IMG/VR virus record: IMGVR_UViG_643348570_000002
DNA: 64,000 nt
DNA from: an uncultured virus (IMG/VR IMGVR_UViG_643348570_000002)
Taxonomy: Duplodnaviria; Heunggongvirae; Uroviricota; Caudoviricetes
Reading direction: 5' to 3' (one strand)
The position numbers and the translations under genes were made by a program. Positions 8,884 through 18,637 of this stretch are shown one piece after another. Under the pieces are notes generated by a model. That model had not been told where the DNA came from. It worked only from the letters and a program-made list of their open reading frames with translations, and did no database searches. How positions within the stretch are numbered: the first letter of the stretch is position 1; the number at the start of each line of letters is the position of its first letter.

Positions 8884-10203
8884 TTACCTCCAGCGGCCGG
8901 TGACGAGAAGATCGACGGTCTGCGTGGCCCCGTAGGACGTCGGCGCCAGCAGCATGTAGGCGGCGACGTTCGAGGCCCCCGGCCGCCCGAGCAGCGAGAT
9001 CACCGAGCCACCCCGGCAGCCGCCGGTCACGCAATGGCCGTTCAGGGCCCCGCTCGCGAACTCGACGGGCAGCGTCACCGTCTGCCATTCGGTGCGATAG
9101 AGCGGCCCATGCGGGGTGGCCGGACCCGGAACGCCGGTCTGGACCAGGCGGCAAAGCTGCGTCCCATCCGCAAAGCGGACATATTCGGCGCCAGCAGTCT
9201 CGCCCTTTTCGATAATGCCCCCGCGCGGAAAGCCGGAGGCCCAGCTCACCGCGCCCACGATGTTGCGCTGGTCGTAGGTCAGGAACCAGTCGCCCCAGCT
9301 GGTATCCTTGTGCCGGCACCAGCGCCCGGTGTCGCTGGCGGTCTGCGGATAGGCGATCTGCACCGCCCGGTTCGCACCGTGCTGGATGTGCTGCAGGGTG
9401 CCGACGGACATGCCGGCGGGACGGTTCAGCGTGGCGCCCGTGACCTGATAGAAGCCGGTCGTCCCGATCTGGTCCGCGTCATTGCCCAGGATCGGGCGCG
9501 CCGTGCCGCCGAAGCCGTAGTCCCCGACCTTCAGGAGGCGCCCGGGCGTGGTGTCGAGATCGCTCTGGGTCACGGCCGTGCCGGAGAGGAGCCCCTGCAG
9601 CTGCATGCCTGACGGCGTGAACCGCGCCCGCTCCGTCCCCTGGCAGGTGACGCCGAGCTCGTTCGCGGCCGCGAGGAAGAAGCCGGTGTCGAGATCGCCC
9701 GCGAAGGTGAGGCTCGGGGTTGCAGCCGCCCCGACAGGCAGCACGGCCGGCAGCGTGGACTGGAAGTGCGTGGTGGAGAAGAAGCCGCGGGTCGCCCCGC
9801 CGGTGACGAAGTGGAGGACGTCCGCCCCGTCGCTGCGGATCCCGGTGTTCGGATCGGCCTCGAACGAGATCCCCGGCGCCGCGGCCGTGCCGAGCGGCGC
9901 CCGGAGCGGCACGGTCGAGGTGAGCGCGAGGGCCGAGACCGTGAGCCTGAGGACGCCGCCGGCCGCGATCCCCACCGCGTTGCTGCCCGGGCGGAAGAGC
10001 CCGGTGTCGGGATCGCCCTTCCAGAAGAGACCCGGGGCGGCGGCGGTGCCGTCGGAGAAGCCCGCGCCGGTGAGATAGGGCAGAAGCGCGTTCAGCTCGG
10101 CCACGAAGGCCGGGAACCAGCCGAGGAAGGCATCGGCATCGTCGTTGAAGGTGCCGGGGTTGCCGCTGTTCGGCGGCGTCGGCGGGGGAGAGAAGAAGTC
10201 CAT
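8884..10203 (-). CDS. Tail fibre / receptor-binding protein
   Basis: Three G(T/A)AA(A/T)P...D.(D/N)TG repeats, knob-like segment, C-terminal YVRFADGTQLC domain. Confidence 0.8.
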   Translation of the reverse strand: MDFFSPPPTPPNSGNPGTFNDDADAFLGWFPAFVAELNALLPYLTGAGFSDGTAAAPGLFWKGDPDTGLFRPGSNAVGIAAGGVLRLTVSALALTSTVPLRAPLGTAAAPGISFEADPNTGIRSDGADVLHFVTGGATRGFFSTTHFQSTLPAVLPVGAAATPSLTFAGDLDTGFFLAAANELGVTCQGTERARFTPSGMQLQGLLSGTAVTQSDLDTTPGRLLKVGDYGFGGTARPILGNDADQIGTTGFYQVTGATLNRPAGMSVGTLQHIQHGANRAVQIAYPQTASDTGRWCRHKDTSWGDWFLTYDQRNIVGAVSWASGFPRGGIIEKGETAGAEYVRFADGTQLCRLVQTGVPGPATPHGPLYRTEWQTVTLPVEFASGALNGHCVTGGCRGGSVISLLGRPGASNVAAYMLLAPTSYGATQTVDLLVTGRWR

Positions 10204-10218
10204 GGGAGGTTCCTTGCG

Positions 10219-11109
10219 TCAGGCGAGGCTCTCGACCTCGGCGCGGCCGTCGCAGATGGCATGGCCGAGGGTCAGGTCGTAATCGCGGAGGATGCCGGCG
10301 ACGGTGGTGCCCCAGAGGTCGGCCCCTTCGCCCGCGTAGAAGACGGCGAGCCGGCTCGAGACCCGCTCCATGATCGACTGGACGCGGGCCGCGCCCTCGA
10401 GCGGGACCTGGAAGGCCAGCGAGACGGTGCGGGTGACGGGGCGCGGCACGATATAGAGCCCGCCCCATTCGTCGCGCTGCTTCACGGAATAGTCGACGAG
10501 GCCGAGGCCGGTGCCGGCCACCGTGGTGCCGACCGGCGTGTCGCGGCCCATCACGATCTCGCCCACGCGCGTAACGGCGCCCCCCGTCACCGTGATGTCG
10601 AGCGTGGCGCCTGCGGGAAGCGGGGCCGCCACGATCACGTTCGGGGTAAAGGCGAACTCTGTGAAGACATATTCCCAGAAGGTGCCCACCGGGTCGCGCG
10701 CCACGAGATCGACCGTCTGGTCATGAATCGTCACGGCCGCGGGGGTGGTGACCTTCACCCGGACGGACGAAGCATCGAGGTTGAAGAAGGCGATGCGGTT
10801 CAGCGTCCGCGGCAGCCGGATGGAATAGGCGATCGTGGGGCCGCCGACCGTCTGGCCGCCGATCCGCTCGTCGAAGGCGCGCCAGCGGTTGGTGGCCCCG
10901 ATCCGGAGCCACCAACTGCCGAGCGCGTCCGCCGCCGGATCGTGACCTGTGTTTCCGTCCGCTACGCTCTCCCAGACGCCGTGACCCGCCACCACGCGGG
11001 CACCCCGGGCGTAGGTCACGCCGGCCCCCCAGGCGGGATGGTCGTCCTCGGGGATGTTGCTCGAAAGCAGCGCCGCCGGCGTGACCGGGGTCGGCAGGAT
11101 GATCCGCAT
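10219..11109 (-). CDS. Tail tip protein
   Basis: Directly after the tape measure; N-terminal WxxGxTY..G.RV carbohydrate-binding-like motif. Confidence 0.7.
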   Translation of the reverse strand: MRIILPTPVTPAALLSSNIPEDDHPAWGAGVTYARGARVVAGHGVWESVADGNTGHDPAADALGSWWLRIGATNRWRAFDERIGGQTVGGPTIAYSIRLPRTLNRIAFFNLDASSVRVKVTTPAAVTIHDQTVDLVARDPVGTFWEYVFTEFAFTPNVIVAAPLPAGATLDITVTGGAVTRVGEIVMGRDTPVGTTVAGTGLGLVDYSVKQRDEWGGLYIVPRPVTRTVSLAFQVPLEGAARVQSIMERVSSRLAVFYAGEGADLWGTTVAGILRDYDLTLGHAICDGRAEVESLA

Positions 11110-14100
11110 CAGAGGGCCTCCGTCGGGTCGATCCGCACCCCCACCGTTCCGATCCGGCGCAGGTCCTTCGCGGTGGCGGTGGAGGCCTCGGCGCCCTTGC
11201 GGGCCCAGACCTTCATCTCTGCGAGCTCGGCCCGCAGAGCCACGAGTTCCGCCTGCAGGTCGCGCACGGCGCCTGCCACCTCGGAGGCGCCCATGGCGGC
11301 GCCGCCGAGGATGTCCGCGGTCCGCCCCGCACTATGGATGCGGCTCGGGCCGGTGGCCTCGAGCTCGGGGCCGAGTTCGCCCACGAGGCGCAGGCCGCCC
11401 CTGTGCAGGCCGCCCGCGGCAAAGCCGGGGATGTCGAGACCGATGGCCGACCAGTCGAACACCTCCGGCCGGAAGGGGCGGAGGCCCGCGAGGATCGCCT
11501 CCCGGCCGTGGTTGCGGTAGTGGATGGTCGGATCGTAGCCATACTCGTCCGCGGCCACGTCCGGGTAGAGCCGCAGGTAATCGGCTGTATCGAGCGGGAT
11601 CCGGCCCTTCCGCTGCTGGAAGATCCCCCAGAGGTAGTCCTTCAGGCTCCCCGGCAGCCGGCGGATCGTCTCGATCCCGTCGAGCGGAGAGAAGCCCTCG
11701 ATGGCCCGCATGATCTGGGCCGTGGTCTTCCCGGTCGTGTCGATGCCCGCCTTCCGGGCCATGGCGCCGATCTGGGCATCCGTGGCCAGAATGTCGCCCG
11801 CCGCGTTGCTCGCGAGGCCCCCGGCATAGGCCGACAGCGCCGCTCCGCGCTCGCGCTGCCCGGCCGCGCGCGCTTCGGCCCGGATCGCGTCCCTCAGATC
11901 GTCGAGCGCCGTGCGCAGCGCCGTCATCGGCGCCGTGATCGCCCCCCGCGTCGTGGTCTCGAACCAGCTCGAGAAGCCGGTCGAGGGGTCGAAGGCGAAG
12001 CTGCCGCCCAGCGTGATCCGGCCGCCCTTGGCGCCGAGGGCCTTCAGGAGTTCCGCCATGCCGAGATCGGAGGCGGGCCGGTCCATCACCAGCGCGAGCC
12101 GGCGCACCGACTGCGCCACGCGGACGGCGGCCAGTGCGCGCAGATCCTCGGGCAGCGCGTCGGCCTTCGCCAGATAGGTGATGCGCGCGAGGTGGTCGGA
12201 GGAGGCCTTCGCCGCGATCCAGACCAGATCGGGCGTGAGATCCATCCGCCGCAGCACCATGTCGAGCGAGACCTCGACGCCGCTCGTGGCATTCTTCAGG
12301 ATGCGGCGCAGGTCGGCCGGAATGTCCGCCGTCGCCATCAGCCCCACGGTCACATCGATCCGCTCGCGGAGCGCGGCGTAGGAGATCTCCTTCGCCGCCG
12401 CGATGGCGCCCTCGAGGCTGCCCAGCTGCGCATTCAACGCCGTAATCTGCTCGGGCTTCAGCGCCTCGCCGCCCGCGAGATAATCGCGCACCTCGGTCAG
12501 GAGATCGACCTGCTCCTGATAGAGGCTGGCCAGCACATCCTCCTTCGCGCCCCCGAGGCCGGTCACGCCCTGCAGGAGCTGCAGGTCGGAGAGCACCTGC
12601 GCCTGCGCGCGGGCCACATCCACCGCCGACCGGGCCTGCCCGCGCACGGCCTCGATATAGGCCGAGGCCGCACCGGAGACGGCCTTGGCCGCCTCCTGAT
12701 CGCCTGCCATCGCGCCTGCCAGCATCGTCTGGTAGCGCGCCTGCGACTGGGCCGCCGCGACCGCCGGGCCGATCAGCTCGGAGGCCGCCGAGCGCAGGTC
12801 GCCGATGTAATCGCGGAGCGCCACGGTGACCTGATACCAGCCCTTGGCCGCCGCGGCCGCCGCCCGCTGCGCCTCGGCCGCGCCGGAGATCATCCCGTCG
12901 AGATCCGTGGTGATCGTGCCCACGAGCCCCGCCAGTTCGGCCGAGAGACTGGCCACGCTCGGCAGGATCTGATCCATGACGCCGGCCATGCCCACGAGGG
13001 CGGCATAGAGCTCCCGACCCCGCTCGGTGGTGAGATCCTGCGCCTCGACCAGCCGGCGATATTCGGCCCGGGTCTGCGGAAGAGCCACACCCAGCTTGGC
13101 CAGCGCCTCGGTCGCCTGCCGGGTCGCGGTCTCCATCCGCTCGGCCTCGCTGTGGAAGGCCTGATAGTAGGAGCTGGTGGCGGAGACGAGCCCCTCGAGC
13201 CCGCCGAAGAGCGCGGCCAGATCCGAGGCCATGCCGGCCGTCACCATGTCCACGGCACGGAAGCTGTGCCCCAGCGTGTCCATCACGCCGTTGACCCCGG
13301 TCATGGCCGCGCTCAGCCGCTGCAGGGCCTCGACGAAGCTCTCGCCCTCCTTCACCAGAGCGGCGAGCTCGGGGCGGGTCGAGACGAGGCTGTTGCCCGC
13401 GATCAGCTCGGCCAGATCGCCCTGCTGCTTCCGGCCGAAGAAGGCCGAGAGCAGCCGGTCGCCGATGGATCCCTTGAGGCCGGTCACCACCGCATCGGAC
13501 GTGCCCTCCGCGATCCGCTTCTCGAGATCCTTGATCGCCTGGTCGTTCTTGCCGACATAGCCGAAGGCGCGGGCGGCGAAGCTGTCGCCGAGCTCGGTGA
13601 GCTTCTCCTGCAGCTTCGCGCCGATCTCGTCGTCGGAGAGCCCCTTGGTCGAGAACCTGACCGAGGCCGCGAAGCCCTTGAAGGCCTCGGCGCCGATGCC
13701 GAGCGTGTCCGCGACCTCGAGGACCGAGCTCTGCATCTGGCCCACGGCCTTGAGGATGGGGCCGGCCACCGCGCCGTCGGCAAGGCCATAGCTCGTGCGC
13801 CGCGACTTCGAGAGCCCGCCGAACCGGGACTTCTCCACCTTCCGGTAGCTCTCCACCATCGCGTTCAGTTCGCGCACGGTGACGCGCAGGCCTGCGTCGA
13901 GGAGCTTCGTCTTCGAGCCGAAGAAGGAGAAGGCCGCCGCCACGGCGGCAATCGGGCCGAGAATGGCGCCCGCCGCCTGGGCGAAGCCGACCAGACCGCT
14001 CGTGGCGAAGTTCAGGGAGCTGCCGATATAGGCCAGGCCGCCGGACAGGCCGCCCGTTGCAAAGTTCGAGAGCGCGCCCCAGGCGCCGGTGCCGAAGGCG

Positions 14101-16283
14101 GAAAGCGCGCCGCCGATGCCGCCGAGCACCGCATTGATCCCGCTCGCGATGCCGCCGAGCGCGCCGAGAGTGCCCATGCCGCCGGCGCCCGCGACGGCAG
14201 CCCCGGCCGCACCTGCGGCCGCGCCAGAGACGCCGAGGCCGAGCGAGAGCGTGATCCGGTTCGTCATGAACATGCCGATGATCTGTCGGAGCGTGTTCTT
14301 CGCGATGTCGAGGAGGCCGTCGAAGCCGCCGCGGAAGCCGTCGAGCATCCAGTCGACGGCGGAGCCCACGGCGCTGCGGAACTCCTCGAACACGGGGTTA
14401 TTCTCGCCCATCTCGGCCGCGATCTCTGCCAGCGCCCGCCGATACTGGTCCGCCGAGATCCTGCCGGCATCGAGGAGCTTCTTCAGCTCGGCCTGTTTCC
14501 GGCGATACTTCTCCATCGGGTCGATCATCTCGAGGTATTTCCGGGCATTCTTGTCCAGCGCCTTCGCCTCGGCCGCAGCCGCCTTCGCGCCGCCGTTGGC
14601 GGCCTTCTCGGCCTCCGAGCGGGCCTTCTGCATCGCGCGCAGCTCCTCTTCCCGGACGACGAGGATCTCCTGCGAGGCGAAGACCTGCGACGCGAGAGAC
14701 TCCGCGCGGTCCGCATCCATGCCGGCTGCCATCTTCGCCGCCACATAGGCCTGCCGATCCAGATCGATGGCTGCGCGCTTGCCCGCAATCACCTCGTCCT
14801 GACCGGCGCGGATCGCGGCCATCTGCGCATCGACGATCGAGATCTGGCGCGAGGCCTCCGCCGCGGCGCTGCTGGCCGCGGAGCCGAGGTTCGCCGCCAG
14901 CCGCGCTGCTTCCGATGCCGCAGAGGAAATGCTGCCGGTCAGACCGTTCATGGTCCCGAGCAACTGCAGGGCCGCGACATTGCCCTCCGCCGCAAGGCGC
15001 GCGAGGGTCTGGAACTCGGGCGGGATGGCCTCGACCGCTCCGAACACGTCGACCATCGTCCGGTGAAGGTCGGCCGCGCGCTTTGCCGCCTCCTCGGGGC
15101 CCGAGGAGGCCCCGACGGCGTGGATGGCCTCCGCAAGGCGCTTCCCTTCCTCCGCGGTCAGCCCGAACTGGGTGCGGAGGTTGGCGGCGGCCTGTGCCCC
15201 GACGCGGCCTGTGGCATCCAGCTGCGATATGAGGCGACCGAAGGACGAGGGAATGGCGTCCCCGATGCCCTCCATGGCCTTGCGAAGATCCTGGACAGCG
15301 GTGAGCTGCGCTAGGCTCTGCAGAGCGGTGTAGGCCTCCCGCGCGCTCGCGGCGTTGGCGCCGAACTCGGCGGTCAGTTCCATGGCCGACTTGTGGGCGC
15401 GCCCCGAGGCGCTCTTGTAGCCGTCCACCGACTTCGTCAGATCGTCGATCTTTTCCTTCAGCCCCGCGGTCCCGGCAGCCATGCGCTGGAACACGGGCAC
15501 AAGGGCGGCACCGATCGCGAGGATCGTCCCGAGGCCCGCCCCGATCAGGGCCAGCTTCCCGGAGAAGCCGAAGGCGCCGAGGAGTTGAGGCGCCTGCTGG
15601 GTGAAGGCGATCATTGCCGACTGACCCGAGGCGACCTGCACCGCGAAGTCCTGCACCTGGAACGAGGCGTTGGTGATCGCGGGCGTGAACCGGCCGATGC
15701 CCTGGGTGGCGGCCGTCGTCGCGCGATCCGCCGAGATCATCTGGGCGTCGAGCAGCTTGAGCGTCCGCGCGCGCTCCTGATCGCCGATGACCCCGGCCGC
15801 CTGCGCCGCATTCAACGTCTCGAGCGCCTGCTCGTACTGCTTCGAGGCCGCATAGAGCGGATCGACCTGCGCCCGGAGCGCCGCATAGCCGCGGGCGGCC
15901 GCATCCGTCGCGGCGGACGTCTCCCGCTGGGCGCGCGCCGTCCGCTCGGCCGCCGTCTCCACGCCCATGTACTTCGCCGCCGCCTGCTCGAGGACGAGGT
16001 TCGCCGCCCGCTGGCTGGCGGCGCCGCTCTCCACCATGCCTGCGAGCTCGCGCTGGATGGCGGCATAGCGTTGCGTCGCGGCGAAGGTCGGATCGATCGA
16101 GGCCCGCAGCTCCTCGAAGCTCCGGGCGCCGCCCATGGCAGAGGCCTTCGCAACCTCGAACGCCCGCGCCATGGCGTCGGACATCTGCTTTGCGGTCCGG
16201 CCGGCGGACTGGGCGCGGTTCTCGAACTGAGAGACGTCGAGGCCGAGGGTGGCCTTCATCGCGCCGACATTGGACATGGACAT
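11109..16283 (-). CDS. Tail tape measure protein
   Basis: About 1724 aa, Ala-rich helical, lambda-type FQVQDFAVQVASGQ motif; start after GAGG RBS. Confidence 0.92.
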   Translation of the reverse strand: MSMSNVGAMKATLGLDVSQFENRAQSAGRTAKQMSDAMARAFEVAKASAMGGARSFEELRASIDPTFAATQRYAAIQRELAGMVESGAASQRAANLVLEQAAAKYMGVETAAERTARAQRETSAATDAAARGYAALRAQVDPLYAASKQYEQALETLNAAQAAGVIGDQERARTLKLLDAQMISADRATTAATQGIGRFTPAITNASFQVQDFAVQVASGQSAMIAFTQQAPQLLGAFGFSGKLALIGAGLGTILAIGAALVPVFQRMAAGTAGLKEKIDDLTKSVDGYKSASGRAHKSAMELTAEFGANAASAREAYTALQSLAQLTAVQDLRKAMEGIGDAIPSSFGRLISQLDATGRVGAQAAANLRTQFGLTAEEGKRLAEAIHAVGASSGPEEAAKRAADLHRTMVDVFGAVEAIPPEFQTLARLAAEGNVAALQLLGTMNGLTGSISSAASEAARLAANLGSAASSAAAEASRQISIVDAQMAAIRAGQDEVIAGKRAAIDLDRQAYVAAKMAAGMDADRAESLASQVFASQEILVVREEELRAMQKARSEAEKAANGGAKAAAAEAKALDKNARKYLEMIDPMEKYRRKQAELKKLLDAGRISADQYRRALAEIAAEMGENNPVFEEFRSAVGSAVDWMLDGFRGGFDGLLDIAKNTLRQIIGMFMTNRITLSLGLGVSGAAAGAAGAAVAGAGGMGTLGALGGIASGINAVLGGIGGALSAFGTGAWGALSNFATGGLSGGLAYIGSSLNFATSGLVGFAQAAGAILGPIAAVAAAFSFFGSKTKLLDAGLRVTVRELNAMVESYRKVEKSRFGGLSKSRRTSYGLADGAVAGPILKAVGQMQSSVLEVADTLGIGAEAFKGFAASVRFSTKGLSDDEIGAKLQEKLTELGDSFAARAFGYVGKNDQAIKDLEKRIAEGTSDAVVTGLKGSIGDRLLSAFFGRKQQGDLAELIAGNSLVSTRPELAALVKEGESFVEALQRLSAAMTGVNGVMDTLGHSFRAVDMVTAGMASDLAALFGGLEGLVSATSSYYQAFHSEAERMETATRQATEALAKLGVALPQTRAEYRRLVEAQDLTTERGRELYAALVGMAGVMDQILPSVASLSAELAGLVGTITTDLDGMISGAAEAQRAAAAAAKGWYQVTVALRDYIGDLRSAASELIGPAVAAAQSQARYQTMLAGAMAGDQEAAKAVSGAASAYIEAVRGQARSAVDVARAQAQVLSDLQLLQGVTGLGGAKEDVLASLYQEQVDLLTEVRDYLAGGEALKPEQITALNAQLGSLEGAIAAAKEISYAALRERIDVTVGLMATADIPADLRRILKNATSGVEVSLDMVLRRMDLTPDLVWIAAKASSDHLARITYLAKADALPEDLRALAAVRVAQSVRRLALVMDRPASDLGMAELLKALGAKGGRITLGGSFAFDPSTGFSSWFETTTRGAITAPMTALRTALDDLRDAIRAEARAAGQRERGAALSAYAGGLASNAAGDILATDAQIGAMARKAGIDTTGKTTAQIMRAIEGFSPLDGIETIRRLPGSLKDYLWGIFQQRKGRIPLDTADYLRLYPDVAADEYGYDPTIHYRNHGREAILAGLRPFRPEVFDWSAIGLDIPGFAAGGLHRGGLRLVGELGPELEATGPSRIHSAGRTADILGGAAMGASEVAGAVRDLQAELVALRAELAEMKVWARKGAEASTATAKDLRRIGTVGVRIDPTEAL

Positions 16284-16332
16284 TGGGTTCCTCACGAATA
16301 AGCCGCCCCGACGGGCGGCCAGCTGCGGACTG

Positions 16333-16779
16333 TCACGCTGGCGCCTGCGCCAGCCGCATCTGCGCCCTGATGGCCTGAGCGAGCTCGCGCTTCCTCGCGG
16401 CCTCTCCGCCGGAGAAAGTCGGGGCCACGCCGTTCTTCTTCCGACCCTCGATCTGCCCTGCGACATAGGCCGCCGACATGGCGCGGATCTGGCGCGCCTC
16501 CCAGGGCTCGAGGTCGAGGCCTGCCGCGCGGCTGTAGGCCTCGATCTCGGCCCAGGAATGCGGGGCGAGCCCGCCCATCGGATCGGTCGCGCACCAGCCG
16601 AGACCGTCCTCGGCGGTGAAGCAGGCGATCAGATATTTGCCGGCCTCGATCTCGGGCAGGCCGAGCGGCCGCCTGGCCGCCCGCAGATCTTCCATCCGGG
16701 TCCGCTTCGCGGTCTCCGGCGTGGCCTGCAGGAAGCCCATCTGACGCGCATAGAGCGTCAGTCGGGCGAGCCGTTTCCC
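16333..16779 (-). CDS. Tail assembly chaperone gpT portion (reached by -1 frameshift)
   Basis: Open -1 frame after G GGA AAC; WAEIEAY..LEPWEARQIRAMS motif; lies before the TMP. Confidence 0.75.
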   Translation of the reverse strand, partial: GKRLARLTLYARQMGFLQATPETAKRTRMEDLRAARRPLGLPEIEAGKYLIACFTAEDGLGWCATDPMGGLAPHSWAEIEAYSRAAGLDLEPWEARQIRAMSAAYVAGQIEGRKKNGVAPTFSGGEAARKRELAQAIRAQMRLAQAPA

Positions 16780-17198
16780 AGGTAGTTCGCGCGGCTGGTG
16801 GCAAAGCCCATGACCTGCTCGACGAAGCTCTTCTCGCCGTCGCGCCCGGTGATCAGGTTGAGGTTCAGGAACCACTCGGCATCGGCCGGGCCGGCGGGCG
16901 CCTCGCCCCGGTTCACGTTCCGGAAGCCCGCGATCAGCGGCTTTGCGGCGGCGACGAGGTTTGCATGGACCTCCTCCATGGTCTGGCGCTCGTCGTCGCG
17001 GTCGTTCTTCAGCCGGGCCTTCTGCGCGGCGCGGATCGCGGCCTGGGCGGCGCGGCTCTCGGAGCCGAGCACCAGCACTTCGCAGGGCTTCTCTTCACCC
17101 TCGTCGGCGAAGAGAAGCCGGCCCGTGGCCGGGTGGCGGAGATGCAGCGGGCGGGCGGTTTCGGCCGCGGTGCGGCTGTCGAACTGGGTGAAGTCCAT
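16758..17198 (-). CDS. Tail assembly chaperone gpG-like
   Basis: Between major tail protein and TMP; slippery heptamer near its 3' end. Confidence 0.8.
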   Translation of the reverse strand: MDFTQFDSRTAAETARPLHLRHPATGRLLFADEGEEKPCEVLVLGSESRAAQAAIRAAQKARLKNDRDDERQTMEEVHANLVAAAKPLIAGFRNVNRGEAPAGPADAEWFLNLNLITGRDGEKSFVEQVMGFATSRANYLGNGSPD

Positions 17199-17299
17199 GT
17201 GCAAGATCCTTGGGGTTCCGGTTCAGGGGGACCGCCGCCGAGGAACCGCGGCGGCCGCGGCCGGTCCCGCCCGTCGCCGGGCGGGATCCGGGGGGAGGC

Positions 17300-17770
17300 T
17301 CAGGCCTCCTCGACCGAGGTGAGCTCGGTCTCGATCTCCACGGTCACCGATCCCGAGACGACGCCGTTGGCGGGCGCGCTCTTGGTGAAGCCGAAGACCT
17401 TGCCCTGGAAGTAATCGGCCGCCCCTTCGGTCGAGAGCGGGTCGATCTTCGGGAAGGCGATCTTGAAGGCGATGCGGTTGCGGTTCTTTCGCGCGGCCTC
17501 GAGGATGGCCTGACCCGCGTCGGTGCTGTTGAAGGCGAGCGGGATCTGCATCGAGCCGTAGTTCACCGCGCCGTGGTATTTCTGGGTGATGCCGGTCGCG
17601 AGCGGCGTGTGGTTCACCACCTCCGCCGAGCCGCCGTATTCGGGCACTTCGGTGACCTCGCCCACCGCGGTCCAGGTGAGGCCCCCGTAGGCCGTCTCGG
17701 TGGCGGCGGCGGGCAGCGCGGTCGAGGCGTAGATCAGCGTGCCGATGCCCGGCGTGACGGTATCGTTCAT
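17300..17770 (-). CDS. Major tail tube protein
   Basis: WTAVGEVTEVPEYGG...NYGS motif; synteny. Confidence 0.85.
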   Translation of the reverse strand: MNDTVTPGIGTLIYASTALPAAATETAYGGLTWTAVGEVTEVPEYGGSAEVVNHTPLATGITQKYHGAVNYGSMQIPLAFNSTDAGQAILEAARKNRNRIAFKIAFPKIDPLSTEGAADYFQGKVFGFTKSAPANGVVSGSVTVEIETELTSVEEA

Positions 17771-17881
17771 GGTGTTGCCCTTTCGGCAGGGGGCCGCGGC
17801 CCGCGGTGCGGGGTGCGCGAGGCCCGGTTGCAATGGATCGCCCGCTGTTCGGCCGAGGCCAGCCCGCGGGCCGGGGCAAGG

Positions 17882-18304
17882 TCAGGGCGCGGGCCGCGGG
17901 ATCGGCCTGCGCCAGACGATGCGGAAGCTCGAGATCAGCGTGCCCACAGCCTGCTCGCCGTCTGTGTTGAGCGTGACCGTCACCTCCTCGGGCAGGCAGA
18001 CGATGGCCGCCTTCTGGAACGCCCGGCAGATGGCCCCCTCGACGGCATCCGCATCCGCGTCGAGGAGATCCTCGAGATCGTCGCTGCCGAGCCGCTTCAC
18101 GCCGACCTGCAGGACGGTCGCGCGCTCGAAGGCCGAGAGCGTCGCCTGGGTCGCCCGCTCGACCGGCGTCACCACCATCAGGAGCGGCAGGCGGCCCGCA
18201 TCGGGGCGCGCCTCCCAGGCGGAGATCTGCGAGAAGCTGCCCATGCGCGGATCGGCGGCGAGCGCCGCGCGGGCGATCCGGCGGAAGCGGATGCGCCCGG
18301 TCAT
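17882..18304 (-). CDS. Putative tail terminator/completion protein
   Basis: 140 aa, between the head-tail joining and tail tube genes. Confidence 0.6.
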   Translation of the reverse strand: MTGRIRFRRIARAALAADPRMGSFSQISAWEARPDAGRLPLLMVVTPVERATQATLSAFERATVLQVGVKRLGSDDLEDLLDADADAVEGAICRAFQKAAIVCLPEEVTVTLNTDGEQAVGTLISSFRIVWRRPIPRPAP

Positions 18305-18627
18305 GGCGTGACCTTCCGCAGGGTGCAGCGCGTGAGCGCGTCGGCCGCCGGGGTCGCGGGCGGCCAGATCTCGTCCACCTCATAGATCCGGCCGTCCGCC
18401 AGCCGGATCCGGTCCCGCCGCGCGAGCTCGGGGACCAGATCGCGGCGCACCCGCCAGATGGGCGCCATGACGAGCACGATCCGGCCCTCGGGATCTTCCG
18501 CCTCGACCTGCTCCTCGCGGAAGATCGAGGGCACGTCGCGCGCGGGCCCGCCCTGCGGCAGGTAGCTCACGGGCACGCCGAAGAGGGCGGTCAGGGTCGC
18601 GCCCATGCCCTCGAAGAGGCCGGACAT
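18301..18627 (-). CDS. Head-tail joining protein (gpFII-like)
   Basis: 108 aa immediately after the major capsid gene. Confidence 0.7.
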   Translation of the reverse strand: MSGLFEGMGATLTALFGVPVSYLPQGGPARDVPSIFREEQVEAEDPEGRIVLVMAPIWRVRRDLVPELARRDRIRLADGRIYEVDEIWPPATPAADALTRCTLRKVTP

Positions 18628-18637
18628 GGCGGCCGGC

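Noticed and set aside
8884..10203. Diversity-generating retroelement or invertible tail-fibre cassette
   Set aside because: No reverse transcriptase, template repeat or invertase seen
11334..15314. 1326-aa + strand ORF and similar long antisense ORFs (21785-23122, 23583-25742, 47055-48989)
   Set aside because: Shadows of real minus-strand genes in high-GC DNA; no motifs or RBS
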